Under the pieces are notes generated by a model, which was not told where the DNA came from, searched no databases, and saw only the letters and a list, made by a program, of their open reading frames with translations. The translations under genes were made by a program, and so were the position numbers. A stretch of DNA of 64,000 nt, from assembly GCA_965205485.1 (NCBI GenBank), contig OZ242180.1, forward strand, positions 2,912,001-2,976,000, read 5' to 3'. The DNA is from Candidatus Latescibacterota bacterium (GTDB taxonomy: Bacteria > Latescibacterota > UBA2968 > GCA-2709665). Positions 46,631-57,025 of the stretch are shown here, one piece after another (position 1 is the stretch's first letter; each line of letters opens with the position of its first letter).

Positions 46631-49594
46631 ATGCCCGGCGAACATTTCATCGCCTCCGAAGAGATCGCCAACGCGCGCCGCAACATTGAACGAATGTCCT
46701 GGGCTGCCGCCGAGCGGGATGCTGCCGTCGATTGTGCCCGACGATGGCTTGATCTTGACGATGACACCCTGTGGTCGCTGGTGACCGGGCAAACCATCGG
46801 GCGCAGCACCAACGCAAGCGTCGTCAAGGGATGTCCGCAATGCGGCGACGGCATCAATCTTTATGGAGGCGCCTTCAGAGTCGACGTCTTCCGCGACCCC
46901 TGGAAAATTACGTGCCCCAACTGCGGCGGCCGGTTCCCCGGCAACGACTATGCCGCTTTCTACACGAGCGGCATCGGTCTCGACGGACTCTTTCGCCCCG
47001 AAAATGCCGACCGAAGCCTGCTCTTTAATACGCAACATCCGGACAGGAACGACCCCCTTTTCACCTGGTGCGTGGACGACGGTACGGGCTGGACCGACGA
47101 TACCGGAGAATCATTCAAACTCATTGGCGTCTATGGACACTATGGTATCTGGAACGAAATACGGACCGCCTGCCAGGGGTTGAAGCGGGCATTCCTGCTC
47201 TCGGGCAACCCCGCGTACGCGCACAAGGCCGGAATTCTCCTGGCCAGAATCGCCGACGTCTATCCCGATATGCACTGGTCCTACTGGGCAGGACTCGGAT
47301 TCTTCAACTCGGACGGATTGAGCGGCCGGGGTCGTATCTACGGCCGAATCTGGGAGCCGGGCATGCTCATCGCCTTTTCGGAATGTTACGATGCCGTCCG
47401 AACCGCGTGGCGGGATGATGACCCGCTCTTCACGTTTCTCTCACGCAAACAGATCGTCCATGGTTTGTGTTCTCAGAACAACGTGGACGAACTGTGCCGC
47501 CATATTGAAAGTCGTATCATACGCGAGGGCATCGCCGCCATCCTCGCGGGAGACGTCGCCCGAAACGAACCCGGCGACCAGGTTACGATGGCTGTCCTCT
47601 CCGTCGCCCTGGATGCGGACGATACCAACCACTGGCTGGACTGGGTCTTCAAGGCCGGCAAACTGCGCGGTCAAAAGCCGAGCGGCGGACACATCCCGAT
47701 ACTGTTCGCGGGAGAAATCGACCGGGACGGGATCGGTTCCGAAGCCGCGCCGTCCTACAGCCTGGGCTGGCTCCACAAATCCCAGGGCATGAACGATCTG
47801 GACCGTGTACTTGGATGCCGGCGCTCGTACACCCGTCACAACATCCGTCGATACCTGCGGTACAGGCAGATGTTCCTGGGACATATCCGCATGATCTGTC
47901 TGGGCAGTTACATCCCAAACATCGGCGACACGGGCCAGACCGGTAACCCCAACCTTTGCGGTCTCACCGTCGAACAATGTCTGGAAGGCCTGGAGCTGTT
48001 TGGCGATCCCATTTTCGCCAGGGCCGCGCACCACCTCGTTGGCGGAGACCTGACACGGATTCATGGCAGCATCTTCAGCGGGGATCCGGAAGCCATCCGG
48101 CGTCGGGTGGCAGAGGCCGTAGCGCGGCACGGGCCCTTCCGCCTCGATTCTGACGTGATGACGGGGTATGGGCTGGCACTTCTCAGAGACGGCGCGGAGG
48201 ACACTGAACGCACCCTGTGGCTCTATTACGGCCGCAACACCGGCCACGGGCATGCGGATCGATTGAATCTGGGCCTCTACGCCTTCGGATTGGACCTGCT
48301 GCCGGACCTGGGCTATCCCGAACACGCGCGCGTATGGCCGAAACGCTCAGGCTGGACCAGCCATACCGTCTCCCACAACACTGTCCTTGTCGATCGAAGC
48401 AAACAGAAAGGCGGCTACTCCGGAAGGGTTGGCTTCTGTGCAACCACCGGGGAAGCTCAGGTGGTCTCCGTTTCATCGACTGACGTCTACCCGCAGTGCT
48501 CGGTCTACCGCCGCACCAGCGCGATGGTGCGCATCTCCGATACGGACTTCTACGTGGCAGACCTTTTCCGGGTCTCCGGCGGTTCGTCACACCACTTCCT
48601 CTTCCACGCAGCCGAAGGGATCGTCAGGACCGGGGGCCTCGAGTTGACGCCGCAGGATAAAGGCACCTACGCGGGTGAAAACGTCAAGTTCGGAGAATTT
48701 TACGATGGCGAAGTACGTAACTACAGAGGCAGCGGCTTCCAGTACCTTTACGACGTAAAGCGTTGTGCAGCCGCGGCCGGGACGGTCTCCGTCGACTGGA
48801 CCATTACCGATACGTGGCAGGCGCTCCCCTCATCATCCGGGCCCGGCGCCGCGACCGACGTTCACCTGCGATGGAACCTGATAAATCCCCCTGGCGAGAT
48901 TGCCCTCTGTCACGGAGACCCACCTGGCAACAAACCCGGCAATCCCCGACGGCTTACCTATGGCATCGTCGCCCACGAGGGTGAACCGCCCCTCGAATCC
49001 GGCTATTTGAGCATCATCGAGGCATTCAGAAGAAAACGGAATCTTGTGCGAATTGAAGAGGTTGACCTCCCTGGCGGACCCGCTGTCCGTGCTCTGAGGG
49101 TCCGCCTTCCGGATGAATGTATCCACACAGTCATTTTCGGCGACGGGCACAGCTCCGTGAACATAGACGGCCGCATTTGCTTCAACGGCAGGTTCGGGAT
49201 CTTTGCAGAATCGAAAAAAGGCCCGCAATGGGCCACGCTCGTTGGCGGGACCGTCATCGGCACTGAGTCGCACGGCATCCGGATGTCGGAAGCTGCCTGG
49301 ACCGGCATCGTCTCCACCCGCGAGCCCGGGGTCATCCACACAACAGAACCACCACCCGACCGACCCCTCTCAGGCGCATATATCTCCATCCGAAACGAAA
49401 ATGAACGCGATGCCTGCTATCGGATCCGAAGCGTCGAGCGCGAAAACAACAGGACGCTCATCCGGGTCGGCGATGAAAATTTCATCCGCGGTATGGTGGA
49501 CGACCTGGATTATTCAAAAGGATTCCGCTACGACTTTGAACCGGGTGACGCGTTTGAGGTTGTCCACACCGGATTCAAACGCTGGGAAGATTGA
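46631..49594 (+). CDS. Heparinase II/III family protein with N-terminal Cys4 motif
   Basis: GHGHADRLNLGLYAFG..LLPDLGYP, SHNTVLVD, YRRT, DLFRVSGG; CPQC...CPNC near the N-terminus. Confidence 0.8.
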   Translation: MPGEHFIASEEIANARRNIERMSWAAAERDAAVDCARRWLDLDDDTLWSLVTGQTIGRSTNASVVKGCPQCGDGINLYGGAFRVDVFRDPWKITCPNCGGRFPGNDYAAFYTSGIGLDGLFRPENADRSLLFNTQHPDRNDPLFTWCVDDGTGWTDDTGESFKLIGVYGHYGIWNEIRTACQGLKRAFLLSGNPAYAHKAGILLARIADVYPDMHWSYWAGLGFFNSDGLSGRGRIYGRIWEPGMLIAFSECYDAVRTAWRDDDPLFTFLSRKQIVHGLCSQNNVDELCRHIESRIIREGIAAILAGDVARNEPGDQVTMAVLSVALDADDTNHWLDWVFKAGKLRGQKPSGGHIPILFAGEIDRDGIGSEAAPSYSLGWLHKSQGMNDLDRVLGCRRSYTRHNIRRYLRYRQMFLGHIRMICLGSYIPNIGDTGQTGNPNLCGLTVEQCLEGLELFGDPIFARAAHHLVGGDLTRIHGSIFSGDPEAIRRRVAEAVARHGPFRLDSDVMTGYGLALLRDGAEDTERTLWLYYGRNTGHGHADRLNLGLYAFGLDLLPDLGYPEHARVWPKRSGWTSHTVSHNTVLVDRSKQKGGYSGRVGFCATTGEAQVVSVSSTDVYPQCSVYRRTSAMVRISDTDFYVADLFRVSGGSSHHFLFHAAEGIVRTGGLELTPQDKGTYAGENVKFGEFYDGEVRNYRGSGFQYLYDVKRCAAAAGTVSVDWTITDTWQALPSSSGPGAATDVHLRWNLINPPGEIALCHGDPPGNKPGNPRRLTYGIVAHEGEPPLESGYLSIIEAFRRKRNLVRIEEVDLPGGPAVRALRVRLPDECIHTVIFGDGHSSVNIDGRICFNGRFGIFAESKKGPQWATLVGGTVIGTESHGIRMSEAAWTGIVSTREPGVIHTTEPPPDRPLSGAYISIRNENERDACYRIRSVERENNRTLIRVGDENFIRGMVDDLDYSKGFRYDFEPGDAFEVVHTGFKRWED

Positions 49595-49837
49595 ATCGGA
49601 ATTCAGAACCTGCAATTGGCGCCGGTTCACGCACTCAGCTTCCCGTAATTGCGCTGAAGCGGATGGGCGGTATTATCCACGCCCAGAAGGGCACATGTGC
49701 GGCGCCCGCGATGCCTGATGTTCTTTCTGATCTCTTCCAGCTGATACGAATGGCGGAAACAACGCGAGTTCTCGCGCAGACGTTGACGGCGGAATGGTCC
49801 GCAGCTTATCTCGAATACTTCTGAGCGTCAAACCATT

Positions 49838-50200
49838 ATGTCCAAAGCTCTTCTGATTGTCGATCACGGCTCAACCCTGGACGAAGCCAATCGTATGCTG
49901 GAAGCCGTTGCAGAAATCGTGAGGCGGAAACGTCCGGGGCTGATTGTGCACATCGCCCATATGGAACTCGCCCCGCCCACACTGGAAGAAGGGTTTGAAG
50001 CCTGCGTTCGCGACGGCGCAGTCGAAGTGATCGTCCACCCGTACATGCTCTCGCCCGGCCGCCACGCCACGCGCGACATTCCCGCCATGGTCGAACGGGC
50101 CGCGGTTCGTTTTCCGGGCGTCGCATTCCGGGTCACAGGACCCCTGGGCATCCACGACAAAATCGGAGAGGTCGTTATCGAACGCGCGGGCCTCGCATAA
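49838..50200 (+). CDS. Short CbiX/SirB-type sirohydrochlorin chelatase domain protein
   Basis: IVDHGS, AHMELAPP, PYMLSPGRHATRDIP, PLG.H. Confidence 0.88.
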   Translation: MSKALLIVDHGSTLDEANRMLEAVAEIVRRKRPGLIVHIAHMELAPPTLEEGFEACVRDGAVEVIVHPYMLSPGRHATRDIPAMVERAAVRFPGVAFRVTGPLGIHDKIGEVVIERAGLA

Positions 50201-50273
50201 CTCTCCCCTCACGTTACTTCTTTTCTACGGATCCCGCTCAACTTCACCGCACCGCCGGCAACCGGGAACACAG

Positions 50274-51470
50274 ATGCGATTGACGCAACGTCCACTTCTC
50301 CGGGTCTGTCTGATTACCTATGCGCACACCACCGTAGATTTCTATATGACCCTGTTTCCGCCGCTGCTGGCCCTCTTCAAGGAAATCTACGGGCTGACGC
50401 TGGTGGAAGCTTCCCTCCTGCCGATGGTGGTTTCACTTTTCGGCAACATCCCGCAACCATTCATGGGCTACATCGGCGACCGGACCAATCGCGTGCGGCT
50501 CGCCGCGCTCGGCGTCCTTGCGTGCGGCCTCTGCGTTTCCGCAATCGGTACGTTACCCACGGTGGCGGTGCTGGCCGGCTTTCTGATTCTGGCCTCTCTG
50601 GGCTCCTCTCTGTTTCATCCCACGGCCGGCGGTCTGGTGACGACTTCAATGCCCGGACGATCCAACTTTGCAATGGCCGTATTCCTCACCGGTGGACCTC
50701 TGGGCATGGCCATCGCACCTGTAACCGGGACGCAGGTGGTTTCTCGATTCGGTCTGGATTCCCTGTGGATCGTCATCTTTCCATGCCTTGTTGCCGCGGC
50801 GGTACTCTTCCGCATGTCCCTTGGCCCGGCCCGTTCGGAAGTCACAACGCGACCCGTCCGCATCAACTTTGCGTTCCTGCGGACGGCGGCCATGCGTCCC
50901 CTCTGGATCCTGTATGCGATCGCGGTGTTCCGATCCCTGGTACACGCGGCCTGCGTGAGCTTCATCTCCATACTCGGCCATGAAAGGTTGTGGGAGATCT
51001 CCAAAATCGGTTGGGTCTTGTCCGCCTATCTGATCGCAGCCACGCTGGGACGTCTGGCCGGCGGGTATCTCGGCGACCGCGTGGCGCCTCGCAGGCTTCT
51101 GGGCTGGTCCTGTGCATTCTCGACCGTTTTCTACGTTGTCTTCTGCTTCACCTCCGGATCCGTCTCGCTGGCGTGTTTTCTTACGGCCGGGTTCATCTTC
51201 GACCTGGGCGCCACGACCAATATCGTACTTGCGCAGCGCATCCTGCCGCAGCACGCCAGCACGGCCACGGGACTGGTAATGGGTTTTGCATGGGGCATCT
51301 CGGGCCTTATGCTTCCGGTCATCGGTCTCCTTGCAGATGTCGCATCCATGGGGTTTGCTCTGGCTTGCGTGTCCCTCATTCTGCTGCCGTCCGCCGCGCT
51401 GGTGGCTGCACTGCCCGGAACCTCGGACCGGGGAGGCTCCGGAGCTCTATCAGATCGTCAATCGACATAA
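50274..51470 (+). CDS. MFS transporter (Fsr-like)
   Basis: HTTVDFY, QPFMGYIGDR, SLFHP, GGYLGDR, ATGLVMGFAWG. Confidence 0.88.
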   Translation: MRLTQRPLLRVCLITYAHTTVDFYMTLFPPLLALFKEIYGLTLVEASLLPMVVSLFGNIPQPFMGYIGDRTNRVRLAALGVLACGLCVSAIGTLPTVAVLAGFLILASLGSSLFHPTAGGLVTTSMPGRSNFAMAVFLTGGPLGMAIAPVTGTQVVSRFGLDSLWIVIFPCLVAAAVLFRMSLGPARSEVTTRPVRINFAFLRTAAMRPLWILYAIAVFRSLVHAACVSFISILGHERLWEISKIGWVLSAYLIAATLGRLAGGYLGDRVAPRRLLGWSCAFSTVFYVVFCFTSGSVSLACFLTAGFIFDLGATTNIVLAQRILPQHASTATGLVMGFAWGISGLMLPVIGLLADVASMGFALACVSLILLPSAALVAALPGTSDRGGSGALSDRQST

Positions 51471-51573
51471 ACGGAACCTCCGGTCGGATATCCCGTACAT
51501 AACGAATGGGCCATCGAAAGCAGACGGATCGGATCTGCAGAGTGACGAAGCGTCATTTTCCTGGAGAGGGACC

Positions 51574-54500
51574 TTGAATCGAACCATACGGGCGCAGGCG
51601 ATTTCAGCGATATTTCAAGTCTTGATATTGTCTTCTGCCTCCAGTTCCGCCATGGCTCAGCCCGCGTACTCTCCGGGACAGATCCTTGTGAGGTTCAGGT
51701 CGGCGGCGGCCAAGACCGCTGCGGGAAGCCTGGAAAACCTGCATTTGCGGTTTGCGGCCGGCACGCCCGAGCCCGTGTTTCAGCCGCCCGCTGCCCCGGC
51801 CAAACGCGCCGTAGGATTGGCACAGGTTTACCGCCTCGAGATTGACCCGGGTGTAAGTCCAGTGGAAGCCGCAGCCGCCTACACGGAGCACCCGGACGTC
51901 CTCTATGCACAGCCCGTCCACCTCTTCACCCATCACGGCGCGCCGGACGATCCCCGGCTGCCCGATCAGTACGGCCTGGAACAGATCAGATGGCAGATCC
52001 TTCTGGATGGCCTGCCGCCGGGCGAACAGGACGTCATCGTCGCCATCATCGACTCCGGCGTGGACTATACCCACGAAGACCTGGCAGACAATATCTGGAT
52101 CAACACCGTTGAAGCATCCGGTCGGCCGGGCATCGACGACGACAACAACGGGTACGTGGACGACATTCGCGGATGGGACTTCACCCACACCCCGACGCTC
52201 CCTGCAAAGGGAGACTACCTCTCGCCCGACAACGATCCCATGGACGAATCCGGCCACGGCACCCGCGTTGCCGGTATTGCCGCGGCAGTTACGGATAACG
52301 GCGCGGGCATCGCCGGCGTGGCGCCGGACGCCGCGCTGATGTCCCTTCGCGCGGGCGTGACACTGCAATCCGACCTTACGTTTCTTGAGGAAGACGACCT
52401 CGCTGCCGCCATACTCTATGCCGTGGAAAACGGCGCACACATCATCAATATGAGCTGGGGAGGGCCGGAAAGCGCGTTCCTCATCCGCGACGTGGTGCGC
52501 TATGCGGCCGCCAACGGCATTGTTCTCGTCACTTCCGCCGGAAACAGCGGCGAATTGGGTCTTTCCTACCCGGCCGCAATGGACGAAACCATTGCCGTGG
52601 GGGCTACGGCGCCGCAAGACCGGATTGCGGCATTCAGCAGCCGGGGGGTCCCGCTCGACCTCGTCGCGCCCGGCTCCGGCACGCTGACGACCCTTCCGGG
52701 GAACCGGTACGCGTACGCCTCAGGCACGTCCTTCGCGGCGCCCCATATTTCCGGCTTGGCGGCGCTTGTTCTCTCCCGTCGTCCCGATCTCAACTCCGAG
52801 CAGGTCCGCACGCTGTTCGCGGCGTCCGTGATCGACCTCGGGGAGGAGGGTTGGGACAGCAGCAGCGGCGCCGGCCGTATCGATGGGGTGGAATTGCTCG
52901 AAAGAACGACGGGGTGGACCGATCCTCCCGTCGTGCGATTCGACCACCCGAGGACGGACGACGGCGCCAGGCGCAGCGTCGACATCATCGCCCGGGCCGA
53001 TGGACCCAACGTTGCCGGTTACGTACTGTACTCGGGCACGGGAGAAGATCCTCAATCCTGGACCCGGATCGCAGGTGGTCCGCCGGGATCGAACATCCGG
53101 CATTCCTGGACGCCCGATACACAGGACGACACCACCGCCATCCTGCGCCTGCTGGCCCGGCTGACGGACGGAACCGCACTGGAAGATCGGGTACGAATCG
53201 GCATCCGGCCGGCCTTGCCGGTGATATCGAAGGCGTCTTTCGCACCCATACTCATCGGAAACCGTCAGACATACCACGCCGAGTGGTATACCAGACGTCC
53301 TTCCCGCGGCGCCCTGCTCTATCGATCGATCGCGGCGACGCGGGAAGACACCGTGTTCTCGGAAATCATCTACACCCGACATCGCGTCACCCTGCCTCCG
53401 GACCTCGCGCCGGGTTCTCTGGAATACCGGATCATGGCCCGGGACGCCGCCGGACAGGCCGTGGTTTCCGATCCGTTGTCATTCGAGGTGAATCCGCTTC
53501 GTCTCTCCTCACGCGGTTTCGTTCAGGTCGACGCCCTGCCCGACGGGTATCTTGCAAACGAGACCGCCGACTTCGACATGGACGGACGGCTCGAAGTCGT
53601 ACTGATGCCCTACGTCAGCGGCCGTCCCTACAACACGAATCTGATTATGGAGCGTGACGAAAACGGAAACTTCACAACCGTTTTCCGCACCAACGAGTCG
53701 TTCCTGCCATGGGCCCTGGGCGATGCGAACAACGACGGACGCACCGACCTTCTGGGCATAAACTTTCCCCGCACCAACATCGCGCGTCTCCGGCTCTTTG
53801 TCGGGACTCCGTTTCCGTCCGAAACCCTGCTGGATCTCCCTGAAGCCCAGGGCGGCGAAATCATAGATGTCGACGGTGACGGCAGAAACGAGATCGTGGC
53901 CCTTTCGGCGCTGACAAGGGACATTCGTGTATTTGAGAGTACCAGAGAAGGCGCTTTCATCGGAGGCGCCTCCCTCTCGAATCCCACGGACGGCTCCAAC
54001 TGGCCCGGACTTCGGCCCGTCGTTGCGGATCTGAATGGCAACGGGCGGAAGGAAATCCTCTCCGGAGATGACGACGGAGACCTCTGGATCTATGAAGCCC
54101 TTCAGGGCGGCGGTTTCGCACAGACGTGGAAACTGGCGGGCAGCGACAGCACCAACACACACTGGATAGGCGGCGGCGCCGATATCGACGATGACGGCGA
54201 CGTGGAGTTCGTCGTCGCCCGCGCGGCGGAGGACCGGAACGACGCGCTCAACGGGCGGTGGAACCTCGAAATCTATAGCGCGGACGGACCGACTTCCTAT
54301 GCTCTGGAATGGTCGATTCGCGTCTCGGGTGTGATTTCCACGGGAAACGGCATTGCGACTGGGGACGTCGACGGCAACGGAATTCCCGACCTCGCCGTCT
54401 GTCTGCTCCCGGACCTCTACCTGATCCGCGCCACCGGGCCGGATTCGTACGAGCCCGTCTGGCACGAGACCGTTTCATTGACGTACCGTCCCCTTATTGC

Positions 54501-55320
54501 GGATCTGGACAGGGATGGTTACGCGGAACTGCTCTACAACCGGGACGGCGCCGTGCGTCTGATGGAACGTACGGAGCCGGGAATCAGGAGGTTGCTGCAG
54601 CTCGTTCACGCCTATCCGTTGGGACCGGACAGCGTCCGGCTCGCCTGGACGCCTTTGGAGGGCGCCGCCTATCGTATCCTGCGCGGCGTCGAAGGAAGTT
54701 CGCTTGACGCCGTAGTCGACAGGCTTACAGGCAATACGTACACGGACACCGGCCTGGACGAAAACAGAGCGTATCGATACGTGGTGGTTGCCACGTTGCC
54801 GGATGGCGATGAGATCCGTTCCGAAACACGCACCCTGCGTCCCAACCCCGCGCCGGTACTGAATCGCGTGGAAGTCCTTCACGAAAACAACCTCTCCCTC
54901 ACGTTCAGCGAACCGATGTCGGCCGGAACGGCCGAACCGCACGGATATTCGGTCGCCCCTGATCTGGGTCATCCGACCTCGGTGATTCTTGACCGTACGG
55001 GCCGGCGTGCCTTGCTGTCGTTTTCAATGCCGTTTGAAGCCGGCCGTGAGTACACCGTTACGTGTTCCATGGCCGCTGACACGACCGGCGTACCCCTCGA
55101 TTCCAGTTACCGGACCCTATCGTTTACGTCCGGGCGGACCACGTATCCTTCTGCGGCTGTCGCCGATTTCGACGACAGCGGCAGGGTTGATTTTTCAGAC
55201 TTCCTGCTATTCGCCGGCGCCTTCGGCTCCACCGATCCCCGGTTCGATCTGGACGACGACGGCAACGTCGGATTCTCGGACTTCGTGCGGTTTGCTTTCC
55301 TGTTCGGCAAGGTGGTATAG
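51574..55320 (+). CDS. Secreted S8 subtilisin-like serine protease with FG-GAP/VCBS repeats, FN3/Ig-like domains and a dockerin-like C-terminus
   Basis: Catalytic IIDSG, GHGT, SAGN, SGTSFAAP; repeated DxDxDG motifs; C-terminal DFDDSGRVDFSDFLLFAGAFG...DLDDDGNVGFSDF. Start placed at TTG after GGAGAGG. Confidence 0.88.
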   Translation: MNRTIRAQAISAIFQVLILSSASSSAMAQPAYSPGQILVRFRSAAAKTAAGSLENLHLRFAAGTPEPVFQPPAAPAKRAVGLAQVYRLEIDPGVSPVEAAAAYTEHPDVLYAQPVHLFTHHGAPDDPRLPDQYGLEQIRWQILLDGLPPGEQDVIVAIIDSGVDYTHEDLADNIWINTVEASGRPGIDDDNNGYVDDIRGWDFTHTPTLPAKGDYLSPDNDPMDESGHGTRVAGIAAAVTDNGAGIAGVAPDAALMSLRAGVTLQSDLTFLEEDDLAAAILYAVENGAHIINMSWGGPESAFLIRDVVRYAAANGIVLVTSAGNSGELGLSYPAAMDETIAVGATAPQDRIAAFSSRGVPLDLVAPGSGTLTTLPGNRYAYASGTSFAAPHISGLAALVLSRRPDLNSEQVRTLFAASVIDLGEEGWDSSSGAGRIDGVELLERTTGWTDPPVVRFDHPRTDDGARRSVDIIARADGPNVAGYVLYSGTGEDPQSWTRIAGGPPGSNIRHSWTPDTQDDTTAILRLLARLTDGTALEDRVRIGIRPALPVISKASFAPILIGNRQTYHAEWYTRRPSRGALLYRSIAATREDTVFSEIIYTRHRVTLPPDLAPGSLEYRIMARDAAGQAVVSDPLSFEVNPLRLSSRGFVQVDALPDGYLANETADFDMDGRLEVVLMPYVSGRPYNTNLIMERDENGNFTTVFRTNESFLPWALGDANNDGRTDLLGINFPRTNIARLRLFVGTPFPSETLLDLPEAQGGEIIDVDGDGRNEIVALSALTRDIRVFESTREGAFIGGASLSNPTDGSNWPGLRPVVADLNGNGRKEILSGDDDGDLWIYEALQGGGFAQTWKLAGSDSTNTHWIGGGADIDDDGDVEFVVARAAEDRNDALNGRWNLEIYSADGPTSYALEWSIRVSGVISTGNGIATGDVDGNGIPDLAVCLLPDLYLIRATGPDSYEPVWHETVSLTYRPLIADLDRDGYAELLYNRDGAVRLMERTEPGIRRLLQLVHAYPLGPDSVRLAWTPLEGAAYRILRGVEGSSLDAVVDRLTGNTYTDTGLDENRAYRYVVVATLPDGDEIRSETRTLRPNPAPVLNRVEVLHENNLSLTFSEPMSAGTAEPHGYSVAPDLGHPTSVILDRTGRRALLSFSMPFEAGREYTVTCSMAADTTGVPLDSSYRTLSFTSGRTTYPSAAVADFDDSGRVDFSDFLLFAGAFGSTDPRFDLDDDGNVGFSDFVRFAFLFGKVV

Positions 55321-55648
55321 CAGCCCGTTGAAAAAGTCCATCCGGGCTACGGCCGGCCCTTGCGGTCGAAATACTGCGTTGCGCGCCCTCGCCGAATCGC
55401 TGGATGGGACTCGGTTGCGCGCCTTGTCTTCGGCCACAAAGGCAAGTGTTCTGTCTCGGAAATAGATTGCCGAGATTCGACCGCCGAGTCGCCCGGCTGG
55501 CAAGGCGCCTGAGCAAGGCGACCTGCGCAAGGTCACCGAGCGAAGGCAACGCCGCCAGACGGGATGAATCGGCGGATGAATGGTGACATATTTCCGGGAC
55601 GGGACACCATGCCTCGCCTGCAGAGCAACTTTCTCAACGGACTGCTAG
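55318..55648. mobile_element. MITE-like element, family B, carrying a nested family A element
   Basis: TAG-CAGCCCGTTGAAAAAGT ... ACTTTCTCAACGGACTG-CTAG. Confidence 0.8.
55445..55608. mobile_element. MITE-like element, family A copy 2 (inverted relative to 11698-11862)
   Basis: Colinear with the reverse complement of 11698-11862, e.g. ATTCGACCGC.GAGTCGCCCGGCT.GCAAGGCGCCTGAGC and GACGGGATGAATCG. Confidence 0.82.
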
Positions 55649-55658
55649 CCTGTGGATC

Positions 55659-56969
55659 TCATGCCTTCACGCGCCGCTTCTTCATCCATTCGATTGCCCA
55701 GACAAGGGCGAACCCGCCGAATAGCACGGACTTCGCCCAGACCGCCTCCTCCCATACGCCTTCGCTCGCGAATCTGATCAGGATGTGATATGAAACCGCG
55801 ATCAGGCCCGTAAAGATCAGCCACGCCGGCTGCCTGTAGAAGACCATGAAGGGTATCATCCAGATCGCATACCATGGGTGCAAGGTTGGCGTGAGTAACA
55901 GGAACGCGCCGACAAGGAAGAACCCTGCCTGGATCGGCGGCATCCTGCTGAACGTGAAGAGAATCACCGCTCCGCCAAACCCGACCGCAATAACGGCGCG
56001 CGCCCAAAGAGGGTTATCCAGCACGTAACTCAGGATGTCGAAGACCGGCGCATTGAAGCTCCAGTGTTCGGCATAGGTGAGGAACCCTGTAAAGAGGGTG
56101 TCTCCAGCCTCGCTGTAGGGCAGGTACCCGGCCGCTGCCGCTGCGATGAAGACCAGCGCAGGCCAGATGACCTGCGGTCTGAAGCCGGCCGGCAGGCTCC
56201 CCTCGGAACTTCGGGAGATTCTGCCGCAGATCCATCGAAAGAAAACCGGTACCAGGCAGATGGCAAAGAACTTGCTCAAGAAGGAGAGCGCCAGCGCGGC
56301 GAATGCCCTCGCGTAACCTCCAATCTGAAGATAGAGGAACGCAAAGACCATGAAGGAAACACCCAGCGCATCTATGTGACCGTTGCCCGCCACCTCCACC
56401 GGCAGCAGGGGATGCCAGAGGTAGATGAGCAATTGACCCGGATGCTGATCGTAAAGCCGTATCAGGCCCAATAGAAACCAGGCCGTCAGCAGGTCGAAGA
56501 GGACGAGGCCCGCCTTTATGGTCCAGATCGACGGATGTATGAGATAGCAGACGCGGAAGAATATCTGTGCCAGCGGGGGATAGATGGTGGGTACGTCGGG
56601 GTGGTTTACATGGGGGAAGACCTCGTCGTCCTTGAGGTGGGCGAGCGCTTCGGAAGCAGGTGGATGCAGGTAGGGGTTTATCCCCGCAGCCTGCACCCGT
56701 CCGTCCCACAGGTACCGATAAACGTCGTCCGAGAGGCCGGGCGCTGAAAACAGCAGAATGACGCGGAACAGAACGCCAAACAGCACGACAGTCTTCAGAG
56801 AAGCCCCGGAACAACGCCAGACCGCCGCCAGATAGAACACCATCCACAGGCCGAACAGAAGAAAAAAAAGCGGCATCCTGTGCCGGGTTTCACCCAGCGC
56901 CAGTATGCCGATTGCACAAACGCCGATCAAGACGCCGAAAATCAAGAATCTGCTTTGCCCGACCCCCAT
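55659..56969 (-). CDS. GT-C fold integral membrane glycosyltransferase (GT87/DUF2029-like)
   Basis: SDDVYRYLWDG, INPY, TIYPP, WHPL...E.AGNGHID, TLHPWY; many TM segments. Confidence 0.85.
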   Translation of the reverse strand: MGVGQSRFLIFGVLIGVCAIGILALGETRHRMPLFFLLFGLWMVFYLAAVWRCSGASLKTVVLFGVLFRVILLFSAPGLSDDVYRYLWDGRVQAAGINPYLHPPASEALAHLKDDEVFPHVNHPDVPTIYPPLAQIFFRVCYLIHPSIWTIKAGLVLFDLLTAWFLLGLIRLYDQHPGQLLIYLWHPLLPVEVAGNGHIDALGVSFMVFAFLYLQIGGYARAFAALALSFLSKFFAICLVPVFFRWICGRISRSSEGSLPAGFRPQVIWPALVFIAAAAAGYLPYSEAGDTLFTGFLTYAEHWSFNAPVFDILSYVLDNPLWARAVIAVGFGGAVILFTFSRMPPIQAGFFLVGAFLLLTPTLHPWYAIWMIPFMVFYRQPAWLIFTGLIAVSYHILIRFASEGVWEEAVWAKSVLFGGFALVWAIEWMKKRRVKA

Positions 56970-57025
56970 ACATGCACCGCTTGACAGGCGTATTCACACA
57001 GTGTCTTTTCCGGGAATAGAGAATA

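Noticed and set aside
49591..49824. 77-aa ORF between the heparinase-like gene and cbiX
   Set aside because: No motif or RBS support; the region more likely holds the cbiX promoter.
51286..51573. 96-aa N-terminal extension of the S8 protease in the ORF track
   Set aside because: It overlaps the MFS gene; an RBS and signal-peptide-like sequence favour the start at 51574.
55124..55788. Short ORFs across the nested MITEs as a possible transposase
   Set aside because: Too short and without DDE or HUH motifs.
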